The notes: a model not told the origin generated them from the sequence alone. Shown: positions 50,020 through 61,400, numbered from the stretch's first letter. The stretch is 64,000 bases of DNA from Symsagittifera roscoffensis (GCF_963678635.1 NC_087064.1:46049437-46113436); one strand, 5' to 3'. Numbers and translations are program-made.

Positions 50020-50294
50020 CTCCTTGGGTTTTCCGAATGCCCTTGCAGATGTACATGGCTTGTACATGATATCTGAAGTATTACAGAAGATCCACGTCTT
50101 ATTCGGAATAGGGCTGACATTGTACATGGTGGCGATCTTCACACTTTTGCCCAAAGCCTTCTTGTAAGCTGCGATTTGGGTTCGATTGTAGAGAAGTGGT
50201 TTGGGTTTCTTGGTCACATACGTTTTCTTCTTGTGCGATTTTGATACTTTTTTCTTGATTACCGGCTTTTTAGGCGCAGGCGGTGCATCTTGCT
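50020..50294 (-). CDS. TEP1: TEP1-like gene, start of the vWA-like domain, including the degenerate MIDAS region.
   Basis: The acceptor is atttaaatag|AGCAAG, entering in phase 1. The peptide is (E)QDAPPAPKKPVIKKKVSKSHKKKTYVTKKPKPLLYNRTQIAAYKKALGKSVKIATMYNVSPIPNKTWIFCNTSDIMYKPCTSARAFGKPKE. It aligns with Ro60 ..ALDAAFYKTF..FLLAVDVSASM. The exon must splice out at GGAG|GTGACT (phase 0). If it does not, an in-frame TAA follows 4 codons later. Confidence 0.55.
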
Positions 50295-50460
50295 CTATTT
50301 AAATCACATACAAGATAAAGTCTCAATTTTATTTAAAAGATCTAATCCATAGTTTACTAATAAATGAACGCAAAAGAGGTCAGCTCTTCATGTGTTGCAC
50401 CACTGGTCCTTCATAATAAAGTAGATCAATTTGAGGATTGAAATAAAGGACGCTACTTAC

Positions 50461-50557
50461 CCTTCTCGGCCTTTTCGAGTTCCTGCACCAGATCATCAAG
50501 AGCCACGAAAGCCGAGAAAAATCGGAAAGGAAACTGTCGGCTCCTGATAATGGTTTT
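50461..50557 (-). CDS. TEP1: TEP1-like gene, end of the TROVE domain.
   Basis: The acceptor is tttattgtttcag|AAAACC. The donor is AGAAGG|GTAAGT, in phase 1. The peptide is KTIIRSRQFPFRFFSAFVALDDLVQELEKAEK. It aligns with Ro60 KKARIHPFHILIALETY. Confidence 0.65.
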
Positions 50558-50819
50558 CTGAAACAATAAACATGATTTTAACGTGGTTTAGATTTTTTAA
50601 TCTCATCGTTAGTATGAGTTGTATCTGGATAAAAAACTGAATTTCATCATAGTTTGATTTTTCAGATGAAAATTTTCTTGCATAAAGGTTGGTTGTTATG
50701 GAGTAGTTAAAAGCTTGTATAAAACATTTCAAAATTCAACTTCCAACTGGGCCGGCAAAAATTTTATATGCTAAATTGGTGTTCTCATTGTCAACCCTAA
50801 ATCATTTTACGATGATCAC

Positions 50820-51028
50820 CTCGTCCATCAATTTTCGAACGACCTTCTTGTGATGTTGCTCTGAAATGCCCGCTTTGATCAGGTTACGAAGATTACGCAA
50901 CATAGCCATAAATGGGAGTTTGTTATGATCGAGTAGCTCCTCCCACACCGCTGCTTTGTTTCCTCTTGCGGACACCTGTGTCTCCCAAGTTTCGGGAGTA
51001 GCCAGTCGCATCCTTTTCCCGGCCTTCT
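50820..51028 (-). CDS. TEP1: TEP1-like gene, TROVE domain exon carrying the conserved xLLRNL motif.
   Basis: The acceptor is atatggtttcag|AGAAGG, entering in phase 1. The donor is GACGAG|GTGATC, in phase 0. The peptide is (E)KAGKRMRLATPETWETQVSARGNKAAVWEELLDHNKLPFMAMLRNLRNLIKAGISEQHHKKVVRKLMDE. It aligns with Ro60 [20 protein letters not shown]. Confidence 0.7.
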
Positions 51029-51772
51029 CTGAAACCATATAGCACATCAAACTCTTTAAATAAGCATCACATTAGCTAAACCAGTCTTAGTAGTTTGCTC
51101 GCATTATGAATACAGTGAAGATAATTCAGCTAGAATTCTGCCAACCGCTGCTGGACCCCTTTAATGCAAAATACTATCAATTTTGCTGGATTGCTTTGAT
51201 AGCCATCTACATAGTGCGCTATGAGAATAAATAAGACACTTATTTATATTTGGACAACATGGCTCCCCATCTTCAGTGATAATGAATCCCTGGCACCATG
51301 AAAATTTTGAATGACAATCATTTCAACGAATTAAATATGCCAGACAATTTTGCATTCGCAATAGCCATTGAAATTCTTTTAGCTCGAATGGCTTCATATC
51401 ATCACGACAAAAAACTCATGGCATGATATGGCACCAAATTTTAGCCAGGAGGCGGTGGAGCAGCCGCAAGAGTCCGTGCCCGATGCGGTAGATTCGGACA
51501 TGAACAGAAACAAAAGCCTATTGTGCCTCTATTCGTAACCGACGACAATTTGTCATAAACTACTATAGTTTAAAGGCAACAACTCGTGACAAGCTACAAG
51601 CGACAAATCGTAACAAGGCATTGTTAAGTAGCGATCGCTTGCTCCACTTCGCTCTACTTTCATTCACCACGATTGGTATTGTGAGCCAGAATCAGGTACT
51701 GCCGCTAGATCTAATGTTACTAAGTGCAACCTGTTACGATCTGCCGTCGCCTCACGCGAAAACCTTACACAC

Positions 51773-51935
51773 CTGAATCAAAGACACCTGTCATTTGCAG
51801 CTTGTTGAACTCCTCTGGACTGTCTGGATACTTCTTGCCGAGGATGCTCATGACATGATTCACTGGCTTCGTGATGTGAGTCATTCTTATCAACTGCTTC
51901 AGGGTGAACTTCTTCTTCTGTCCATTGTTACTGGT
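51773..51935 (-). CDS. TEP1: TEP1-like gene, TROVE domain exon.
   Basis: The acceptor is ttttatgttcag|ACCAGT. The donor is GATTCAG|GTGTGT, in phase 1. The peptide is TSNNGQKKKFTLKQLIRMTHITKPVNHVMSILGKKYPDSPEEFNKLQMTGVFDS. LIRMTHITKP aligns with Ro60 LLRLSHLKP. Confidence 0.65.
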
Positions 51936-52147
51936 CTGAACATAAAAGCTATCAACACCAGATACCAAATAAAAGCGCCAGAAACTCCATTCTTCAACCC
52001 AAAAACTATTTTTCAAGACATACTTGGTTGTTCAATCATCTCGCTGCGCTTGTCACAACTTATTTTTGATTGAATTGCTAATTTTTACTCATTACAAGTA
52101 GTAGTGACGCTATGATCAATTAATTTGAGACCATTTTAAAAATATAC

Positions 52148-52327
52148 CTGCACAATTTTGACCACTTTCCCCTTGACTTTTTTGGTAGTCACTTTCTTTG
52201 CTCTCTTCTGTTTGTTGTACTTTCCAAGTTGGTATTCGTCAAAATCCGGGAACTTCTCAATAAGAGCCTTCCTCAGTGCTGCCGACACCATTCCATGTTT
52301 GCTCGCCTTCGGACTACTCACATAGTT
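52148..52327 (-). CDS. TEP1: TEP1-like gene, TROVE domain exon.
   Basis: The acceptor is ctgtttgcag|AACTAT and the donor is GTGCAG|GTATAT, 60 codons, phase 0 to 0. The peptide is NYVSSPKASKHGMVSAALRKALIEKFPDFDEYQLGKYNKQKRAKKVTTKKVKGKVVKIVQ. ALRKALIEKF aligns with Ro60 ALRKAIADWY. Confidence 0.65.
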
Positions 52328-52736
52328 CTGCAAACAGAACTATCGTATGAGAACAGTCGATTAAATCTTGCACTTATTGCATTGTATATAAAACAGCTTT
52401 ATGCACGTTTTTACAACCCAAGCAACATAACTCATCATACCCCAAAATGAAAGGCCCTAAAAGAAAATGTCCTTGTAAACATCCTCAGTAGTTCTCACTC
52501 ACAATATTCACTACCCGCAACTCCAAAAATTTCTGCCATATTTCATTTCAAGTCGCTCTCCAAAGAATGATTCTATACATAACAGTGAAACCCAACTCAT
52601 CGTCTACCAACTTAAACATTTAGATCAATCGACGCATGTCACCGTCCAGTCTCAGTTTGGGCATTTACAAGGTAGCACTTCTTTAAAAATCTAACCTCTA
52701 AAAGGAAGCGTTAACACAAATAGAATCAGACATTAC

Positions 52737-52898
52737 CTGGTACAGTTCTGCCACTTCAATCCAGTCTGTTGGTAGGACGATACTTTTCTTGAAGTATCTC
52801 TTCAGGTAGGGTCTGCATGCTGGTTCGTAGGAACTGTAGGCAAGCAAGAAGTTGCTCACAGTCCTCAGATTCAACTGCTGTCTCGAGTACAAAGCAAG
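52737..52898 (-). CDS. TEP1: TEP1-like gene, TROVE domain exon.
   Basis: The acceptor is ttttaattttcag|CTTGCT and the donor is GTACCAG|GTAATG, phase 0 to 0. The peptide is LALYSRQQLNLRTVSNFLLAYSSYEPACRPYLKRYFKKSIVLPTDWIEVAELYQ. An R1-family repeat is inserted right next to the acceptor. Confidence 0.6.
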
Positions 52899-52914
52899 CT
52901 GAAAATTAAAACGT

Positions 52915-53300
52915 AGCCAGCAGACAGTTGGAAAAGAGTCATGAGCGCAAGGAAATAGAACAAAAAACTGACTTGTTTTTGGGAAAAAAAACTTCAACTT
53001 TCGAATTTCAAAGAAAAAATATAGGCCCCTAGAGCACTTTGAAATTAATGAACAAAAATAAAATTAACTTTTTTTGATAAAATTAACTCAATTTGAGAAA
53101 ACTGGATTCAAAGGTTGATTTTTTTTATTCCGATGTGAAATCCAAAAATTAAAGTCCACTTTCGAAACTTGAAGTAAATCACGTTTTTAGGGATCTTTAA
53201 ACTTTTTCTGTTCGACAGTGCAGTTTAGCTTCCTTTTAACAAAAGAAATGAACTAAAAAGAAATCAAAAGTCAAACCGCGAAAATTCAAATTTTAGCGTG
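52915..53300 (+). mobile_element. R1 family copy inserted directly next to a TEP1-like exon acceptor (52898/52899).
   Basis: The R1 head cagcagacagttggaaaagagtcatgagcgcaagg begins 17 bp from the ttttaattttcag acceptor. Confidence 0.5.
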
Positions 53301-53374
53301 ATTAATTTTATATGTTTTTCAAAATAAAAAACAGCGAGAACACGGCAAAAAGTATCTCAATAAATAGCAATAAA

Positions 53375-53645
53375 AAAGTTGAAACAAGCCTCGAATTAGT
53401 TTTCAAAATTCTTTTCAGTTTCGGGCTCGATCCTGTGACCTATAGATTATAAGTAAAACACACTAACCACTCAGCCACTGTTGCTTAACTGATCACAAAC
53501 ACTAGCCAAAAAAAGCTGAGAACAGATGCTATGAAACTTTCAATGCTACATATCGTGATTATAGCAAAAGTGCCAAATAAGTGAACACTTTAATTTGCGA
53601 GTTAAAAAAAAGAAGGTTCGTACTAGGTCGCTAGTGTAAAAAAAA
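53375..53645 (-). mobile_element. SINE subfamily B copy, in a TEP1-like intron.
   Basis: It aligns with 21420-21725. The plus strand reads ..aagcctcgaattag..ctcagccactgttgc....tttgcgagttaaaaaaaagaaggttcgtacta. Confidence 0.45.
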
Positions 53646-54370
53646 ATCACCAACACAGAAATCAGAGTATTCACTACGCTCATGACTATAAACAAAATTA
53701 GACTTTCAAAACATAGCCAACTTACAGTTGGCAAATGGTAATGAACGCAAGAAAACAAAAAAAAAACGCTTGTTTTTTTATCAAAAATCTTCAACTTTTG
53801 AACTTCGAAGTAAAAATTAGATGGCCTTAAAACTCTTTGAATTCGTAGAACAGTTTATAATGGACACCTTTTTGTTAAAATTTCCCCAATTTGAGAAAAC
53901 TGGATCAATAGGTAAAACTTTTATTTCGCTGGGAAATCTGATAATTAATTCCCATTTTCGAAAATAGAAGTTGATCACGTTTTTCGTGACCTTTACAATT
54001 TTGCTATTCGATAGTGGAGTATGCCTTCCTTTCAACAATAGAAATGCACTGAACTGAAAAAAAACAAGTCAAACCGCGAAAAATCAAAACTGAGCGTGAA
54101 CAAATTTTAAGACTTTTTAAGACTACGTTCATTACTCTTAAAAGTAGTTTAAAAATTGATAGTTTTTAGTTGATTAGGACTTAAATCTTACAGTTTTGAA
54201 ACATCTTCACAAATCAGAGAAACAAGATGTGTATTAAAATGCGTTATGATAACCAAAACCGATCAAAAAACTTGGTTCGGTTATCAATTATAGGACTTTT
54301 TCGGTTTTCCACGCAAATCGCTCTGGTTAATTTTTCTTGAAAACGGTCTTTTCCTTTTGTGGTGACGAAC

Positions 54371-54508
54371 CTTGAGGATAAATTCAGGGTCTTGACTTCT
54401 CGCAATTTTGTTCAACTGCTGTGTTATATTGATCACAGCCTCATCAGCTGGGTTTGTGAAGTTTGGAGCAGCAATGAGAGCTCCGCTGATTGTGTTTATC
54501 AGCGTTTT
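54371..54508 (-). CDS. TEP1: TEP1-like gene, start of the TROVE domain.
   Basis: The acceptor is acattttag|AAAACG and the donor is CTCAAG|GTTCGT, phase 0 to 0, 46 codons. The peptide is KTLINTISGALIAAPNFTNPADEAVINITQQLNKIARSQDPEFILK. Joined to the next exon, PEFILK-LALYSRQ aligns with Ro60 EPMLFALAICSQ. Confidence 0.5.
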
Positions 54509-54677
54509 CTAAAATGTTACACTACTTCATTCAACAATTTATTAGAACAAAAAAAATTGAAAATCCCTTTAATTCCTTCACTTGGAAATATCCTTCATTT
54601 CACCTATTTATATGCAATACGGTAACAATCATAGCTCGGCTTGAAATGCAGCCAACCAATGATAAAGTTGTCTTTAC

Positions 54678-55020
54678 CTTGATTTTATCAAGAGCCTGTA
54701 TCGGTGATTCATCTGCGTCCCTCGACTCATTCAAAGGAGGGAAGATCGGTTTCTCAAATTGGAACCTGCGTTCCTCGTCTATTTGAACAGCATCCGATGA
54801 AAAATCATCTAAATCCACTAACACGGGAGCATCTTTAGGACCACCGAATGACACGCGAGGTTTCTCTATCAGTTTCTCATGCGACAAGACCGACGTCGGC
54901 AGATTCTGAGTAGTGGTTTTCCCATCGGAAAGATTGGAACCCTGTAGGTTCCCTGAGACCAGAGAGCTATGAGTTACTACTTCGATACCTACACGCGTTT
55001 CGAGAGCCCTCGTTTTCAAT
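54678..55020 (-). CDS. TEP1: TEP1-like gene, N-terminal region exon.
   Basis: A 58-nt intron precedes it, bounded by the acceptor tctattttag|ATTGAAAACG. The donor is ATCAAG|GTAAAG, in phase 0. The peptide is (R)LKTRALETRVGIEVVTHSSLVSGNLQGSNLSDGKTTTQNLPTSVLSHEKLIEKPRVSFGGPKDAPVLVDLDDFSSDAVQIDEERRFQFEKPIFPPLNESRDADESPIQALDKIK. Confidence 0.5.
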
Positions 55021-55078
55021 CTAAAATAGAGCGTATAATAAGCAGCAGCTCGAATCAATTAGTGTATAAAAACTTTAC

Positions 55079-55318
55079 CTTGTCTCTAAGGCTGATCGGC
55101 ATTGAAAACACTTTAACTCTGGTTTCAAATTCGAGTTCAAGTTCGATTTCAGTTTATTTGAACTGTTCTCAATCCCAGCTAGTCCGGGAGCCGCTTTGCT
55201 GCTGGAAAGCAAAGGATTCTCGAGTTGATGCTTCAAGCCACTATCCCCGCTGCTCAGTACTGTACTGTTTTTAACTGAAAATTTTCCAGGCAAGTTGGAT
55301 GATAGGCCTCCAGATAGC
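55079..55318 (-). CDS. TEP1: TEP1-like gene, N-terminal low-complexity exon. It is TEP1_N-repeat-like and more 5' exons probably lie upstream.
   Basis: The acceptor tgtcttttttag|G and the donor GACAAG|GTAAAG are both in phase 2. The peptide is ..LSGGLSSNLPGKFSVKNSTVLSSGDSGLKHQLENPLLSSSKAAPGLAGIENSSNKLKSNLNSNLKPELKCFQCRSALET(R). The SALETR motif recurs in the next exon as RALETR. Confidence 0.45.
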
Positions 55319-57829
55319 CTAAAAAAGACAAAACTAAGACATAAAAAGATAAGCTATGTGAAAAAAAAACAAAGTAAAAACAAAAAACTAACGGAGAAAA
55401 ATGAAAGATCTTTCCTATTTTTCAGTTAACTTTTGCTGTTTTTAAGACCAACAACAACCGAACCATTTAACAAGAGAATTTCATAATAGCTCATTTAAAT
55501 TCAACCTATGCGAAGCAATCTAGTGTGCGCAGAGGCGCAGCACGTCATCGCATCACTTTCATAACAAAACTATATGCTATTTAAAAACAATCAAATGATT
55601 TGAAAAATTGCAATATACCTTTCAAATTATAGCCAACAAGTAAATGGATAAGTTAATGAGTTCAGGGCAACCGAGATAAAAAATGATTGACTTTTTTTAA
55701 CCATATTCAATGATGATGAAATACCTCACATTACAGCTCTTTCAATTTCAAAAATCTTTTATGATTGAAACTTCTTTCAGACAATTATCTTAGAGAAAGC
55801 TGGGTCAATGCACAACTTTTCATTCCGCTGGGGTTTCTCATAAAAAAAAATTTGAACCCAACAATTTTTGTGCACCATTCTGCCAGAGCGGAACCTGCCT
55901 TCCTTTTAGCAAATAAGTTTGTATTCAATACCAAGCAAACACGCCGGACATTTGAAATTTAAATCAGCAACAACGGAACAAAATTTACGTATAAGAAACT
56001 AAGCCGACAATCTTTGATCCGATTATAATTTAAATTATGATTTAAACAAATCATCTTGAACAACAATGGACAACGGTTGCAACTGCAAGTAAAAGGAAAA
56101 ATTTTTACAGCACGAGCCAAATCAGTGATGGGGCAACTCAGCCAACAATATTTGAGCTGAAACCACTTAAACCGAAAACAATATTTTTTAAGGTTTTTCA
56201 CAAATCTTTCAAGTCCCCCCTGAAATAGAATAAACAACACTTGCACATGCAACTACAATGAAAACTGTCTACAGCACAAGCAAAATCCGTTGTGGCAATG
56301 TAGGCAAAAAAATTAAGCGAACAAACGAACAACCAAAATTTCCCTTTTCTCCGACTTTTTTTCTTCATTTTCCTTGATACTGAAAAAAAAACAAGGTCCG
56401 GCCATAACTCGAACCCCAGACCTCAGGGTGCAAAGGCAACTGCTTTACCTCCGTGCCAAGGGGGAAGCAACCTGAAAGATGTAAAGAGAAAAGAAGAGAA
56501 GTGAAAAGAAATCAGCTGCATGGTCAGCAGGGGATTCAACTGAGTTAATACGCTAACCGGAAAAAGGCCCTATATAGCGTAAGCAACCAAAAAAATCGGA
56601 CTTTTGTAACAAATAAATGCACACTTTTAGACACAGAGACCAAGCGAATCTTCGCATCACTTGCGATACGACAAAAACATGCATTAGATACGGATTAGAT
56701 GCAAATGAACAGAGACATTTTAACGAGCTTTACAACATCTACTAGTGACCTCTGCGAAACTATTGCATAGTTATCAATCAGAATTGCCAAGGAAAATTTT
56801 GAATTCCTATACTGCTATAACGCATGCCGCTTTACAGCGCTTGACAAAAAACGCGGAGTACGACCAATTAGTGTCGGGTAGGTGATTCGACGAACAATTG
56901 CGCGCAGTATTATACAATGCTTACAAAAAATCTCAGTCTACTTTGCAGAAACACTGAGCTCTGCTTAAGTAAAAATCGGGTATCGAATATGCAATTCATT
57001 CACTCAAAAATTTTCAATACGGAGGAATCACACGCAATGCTTTTAATGGATGCAAAAAAAAAACGTTTTTAACCGTTTAAACCGCGACCTCGCGCTAAAA
57101 AACAAAACGTTGCTTTAGAAACAACTTTAAAAACCTTTTGATAATCTTGACGTCAATGAAATTAACGATAATTGTGTTCTGGGCTCCGAGGATTCTCTGA
57201 AGATTCGCAAGAAAGCATTCGCATTATAGGCTCTGAAGATTCGCATGAAAGCTTCATATATGAATAAGCTGAATAACATTCCAATATTTAGACGAAATTA
57301 GCGGAACATGCAAAACATCGGTAATAACCTAAAATTTATATGAAGAAATACTTCAAACTGCAACAATCTCTTGGAGACTCCTGATTATATACTATCAAAA
57401 GAGATAATGTCCAACTTACTAGACCACTCCGCATACGACATGAAATACCGTAAATCTTTTCCCGTCCAGTTAGAGACGGCGGCCTGAATCTGCTGTTACC
57501 TAAAGATCGTGAATATGAAAACTCGCGATATCAGGCTGTTTGCAAACCAACTACGAGTATACAAGAAAAATTGATAGGTAATTAAAAAATGAAAAAGCGA
57601 AGATGTTGAAATAAAAGAATTAGCAACTAAGAGCCAAATTAACTGACAAAGAGATATATATATACTCGCTTAGCCTCGAAGAAAGCATCATCGAGTTGAC
57701 CTAATGCACTCCCACTGAAACGTTAGAACTTGAATCTGACCAAATCTGAATTCAGATATGGTATATCTTTCAGATACGGATGGGAACCTAAGAATATGAC
57801 AATGGCATGTGCATGCGGCGAACAGTTCA

Positions 57830-58400
57830 CAATCGCACAATCACTTCAATGTCGAAAAGAGGGCTACTCCATCATCAGGCACAACGAGATATGAGACACA
57901 TTTGCAATTTATTAGATGATGAATGTTATGATGTTGAAATCGAGCCCAGTCTTCAGCCGTTACAAGGTGAGCACTACGACTAAAAATCAACGATCACTGA
58001 AGATGAGGCAAGATTAGACATCAAATCGAACGGTCTATGAGAGTCCAGATTTAACAAGCATTTTTTGATGTTGAAGAATTCAATCCCCTAGCAAAAAGTT
58101 CTCCGAAAACAATAAAAGATTCATTTAGTTATGATGAAAATCTGAAAAAATGATGAAAATCTGAAAATAAGAACAAAGAATCATCAAAGTCGACAATGCC
58201 ACCTTCGACCCATTAATTTTTGCATGCACTGATGGAACGGGGCCTTCTGCCATCAAAGTTTTAAGAAGAATTGCATCTAAATTAAGCGCCAAGAGAGATG
58301 ACTCCTACGCAAATGCAATCACCTTCATCAGAACCAAAATAAGTTTTGCACTCTTAAAAAGTACAATTATATGTATCAGAGGATCATGATCCCTAAAATA
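57830..58400 (+). mobile_element. Degenerate selfish-element ORF relic. The family is not determined.
   Basis: Reading across frameshifts and stops gives CACGEQFTIAQSLQCRKEGYSIIRHNEI*DTFA..DECYDVEIEPSLQPLQGEHYD..DIKSNGL*ESRFNKHFFDV... ...FDPLIFACTDGTGPSAIKVLRRIASKLSAKRDDSYANAITFIRTKISFALLKSTIICIRGS. These motifs recur in transposon-derived proteins of many invertebrate genomes. There are multiple in-frame stops. Confidence 0.3.
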
Positions 58401-59217
58401 AAACTCTTATACATTTGACTCATCAATAAGAACAGAGGTCGATGAGAGAAGGCTGTAATGACGCAGGCTATCCCCACCTCAAACAAACATGTGGCTGAAA
58501 TACACAATATCTATCGACTCAACACCCCTGTGTCTTCCGATATCTTAACTTTCTTTGCATAAATTTATTTTAATTGCGTTGTGAAGCATAAGTTTATTTT
58601 AGTTACGTTGATACATCTGCAAAAAAATAGATTTAAATATTTACATATACTGACATTAATTATGCCCATTTTTTTTATCTTACTGTGGCTAGTTTATCAT
58701 TTTTGTTTGCCCACTGATTGTTGCCTGACATAGGTTAACAGATACCGGGACTTTCTGATTAATTATTTTGATTTCTCAAATTAAGTGGCCATTGATAATC
58801 ATTTAGTAAGCGGCAATCAAGTCCACAAAACTTGGGTCGACTCCCGTTAAGCCGAAAAAAAGTTGTTCTTATATATAATTTTAAACTAATCCCTCTTGAA
58901 TCGCTACAAACGTAAGAAATTATTCTGCGCTCTGAACTACGCCATACTAGTTGACTTAAGCGTTTTTCAAACAAAATTTTCTTTGTAAAAAGTGAGAGAA
59001 TGATGCAAAATCAGAGTTGATGATTTTACAAATTACCGTACGGAGAGGAACGGAGAATGAGACGACGGAAATTAGGACAAAAAACTTCATTCAGAAATTA
59101 TTCAAAAATTTTTCTCAAAATATTGATTTCTGCTTAATATGGTAATTACCTAATAAATCTTTACTACTTAAAAAACTACTACCATTAGTTTTATTTGAAA
59201 TTTTAAGAAATTGAGCT

Positions 59218-59335
59218 TAACAGTTTCCGGTTACAGCCTAGTTTCCGGTTACAGGACTGTTGATTTCCTAGTTTCCGGTTACAGGACCTAGTTTACGGTT
59301 ACAGCCTAGTTCACGGTTACAGGACTGTTGATTTC
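59218..59335. repeat. Minisatellite of about 5 units, each about 20 bp (CCTAGTTTCCGGTTACAGGA).
   Basis: The sequence reads gtttccggttacagcctagtttccggttacaggactgttgatttcctagtttccggttacaggacctagtttacggttacagcctagttcacggttacaggactgttgatttcg. Confidence 0.8.
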
Positions 59336-60999
59336 GCAAGTGTAACAATATGAAAACGGCTGTAAGGCAGATAATATAAGAAAACAAATGTTATTTCAGA
59401 AAAAATCATTCTTAGATCGTAGATTAAAATTGCTTCAGCCAGAAGATGACAAAATCCGTGCTGCATTTGCTGCATTAACTATGCCGATAAAATATAAGCA
59501 AAGAATCGATAGTCCGACATTTAAATTTTGTTGACCCAAGCATGTGCGATACCTCTATATCCATGGCAAAATTCGCAGCTGGATCGGATCTTTACCATTA
59601 CATCCCCCAGCCTAGTATCACAAACATAGCAACTTCACACCAATTTTCGTGATATGCTAATGAACTAATCTCTCGGGTAAAACTATTGACTGGATTAATT
59701 ATAGCTGGCCCCGCCTGCCTGGTAGTAAAAAAAATATATCCCCTCCGCACTGTGATTTTACTATTAAAATGCAGACATGTTCAAATTATATCTGTTGGCT
59801 GCCGAAATAACAAATTTGGAAATTCAACAAAGTCACCCTGAGAGCAGATTTGTTCCGGGAAAAAACCTCTAATAACGCGTTGCAAGACCTTTGCTAATTG
59901 AAATGATAAACAGCTTTTTTTCATAATATCGCTCAATCGATACAGCAACTGACAACGATACAGCAACTGTAATTCTGACAACGAATTGAAGTTATTCAGT
60001 TCGAGGTATAATAAATTGGGCAGCTAAATTACATGATAACTGTACCTTTGCCACTTTCCTCCAAAAAATATTTAGTCGTTTTGTAAAATGACCACGCTAC
60101 TTCCGCTAACTTAGTTATTTTGGGAAAACAGAATCAGTACGAAAAATGAATTTAGGATTTCCCAACTTTCAATTGTGACTGAGCTATTCTCGGTCACAAT
60201 ATTAATAAGGGCTTCTTCCCAAGACTCACCTGTGGTTCAGTGTATAACTTCGTCCAATAGGATAATCTAAGGTAGCTTTCAGCGGGTTTGTTTTTGTCAG
60301 AATCTTTGAGCCAATGTTTGTATTTGCAGTCAGCAATACTTTGGCATTACTCAATTTTGATTCCGTGCAGATATTGGGATCACAGGTCAGATTTCTAAAT
60401 TTAAAAAAAATATATTTAAACACTTCCTAGGCAAATCAATAGATTAAAGATTCATACTTTCTGAGAGATGGGTTGCTCAGTTGCAAGTTTGACTGCGTCA
60501 GGACTACCATTGGATTTTCTGGAAAATACATTTACATTAAAAGAACTGGTTTGGTCTTAACATGTGTTTCAGTTTTAACATTAAGTTTTGTTTAAAAACT
60601 TGAATAGTCATTGTGTCAATGTGTTAGAATTGACATGCCCGAAAATAACGAACAGAAGCGGTTCAGAGCAAAAATTGACAAAGAAGAGAGAGCGTGATCT
60701 GAAAATTCGAGAGAAAATGGCTCTAGAAGGAAAAGGAAGTTTAGAAGCCAAAGGAAGTTAGCAATGTACGCACAATGTAGCAATGTACTTACACTTCCTT
60801 TTCAACCTATGATTTTTAATGAATAAAATAATGTTTCTTTTCTTTTTTTTTGTAGAAATTTCAGTGAGATGTTTGAGAAATTTTTTAATAAAAAAAAGAA
60901 TGTATAAAAGATTATCGTTGTAACTGGGGTTACTTCACGAGTCCTTCATCATTTCACCCAGTCAAAAAACAATTGGAATTTCAAAAACTAGGTTTTCAA

Positions 61000-61400
61000 G
61001 GTTATTTTTTTGCTTTCTGTTTTTAATTTGGAAAGGAAAAACATTCTTTGAGGCTGAATAGTAATGCATTTTTGCACAGTCCAGCTAGGTAGATAGTTGA
61101 GGTCGCACTTAAGTTTCCCAAAATCTTTTCCTTGCTTCGGAAAACAAGCTCCAGGTCGTCTGCAAAAAAACGCTAGCGATGAAAAAATCGGGAGGCCGTT
61201 AACGTAAAAAGGAAACAGGACTGTTATCATGACGGAACCTTGCAAAACACCTGATTCGATAGCTCTTTCACTCGATTTACTTTTTGTTCCGACCATTTGA
61301 AAAAAGGTGAGGAACTTTGTATTCGGGTGTGTTTTAGTTTCATTTTCTTTTTAATTACCACGGAAAATCAAGTACCACAAATAATCATCGGACTGGTGCG
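61000..61400 (-). mobile_element. LINE reverse-transcriptase fragment.
   Basis: Minus ORF 60988..61296 contains ..ESGVLQGSVMITVLFPFYVNGLP.., the non-LTR RT motif GVPQGSVLGPLLF..YINDL. Its 5' flank, gaggaactttgtattcgggtgtgtttt, recurs at 9410-9540. Confidence 0.45.

Noticed and set aside
50010-50020. The in-frame TAA after ..KPKEVTF, read as the end of the TROVE gene, with a separate gene starting at the ATG at 49659.
   Set aside because: The Ro60-type vWA homology continues seamlessly from 50020-50294 into 49390-49659. A GGAG|GTGACT donor joined to the tctctag|ATG acceptor keeps the phase. I treat it as one gene, with a possible short isoform recorded as a finding.
49599-50069. Plus-strand ORF of 156 aa, MSCSHMHVGTLDPEEL..PPPPPP...
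   Set aside because: It is antisense to a well-supported TEP1-like exon (49390-49659) and runs through a hAT-MITE G/C homopolymer fragment. It has no homology signal and is an artifact.
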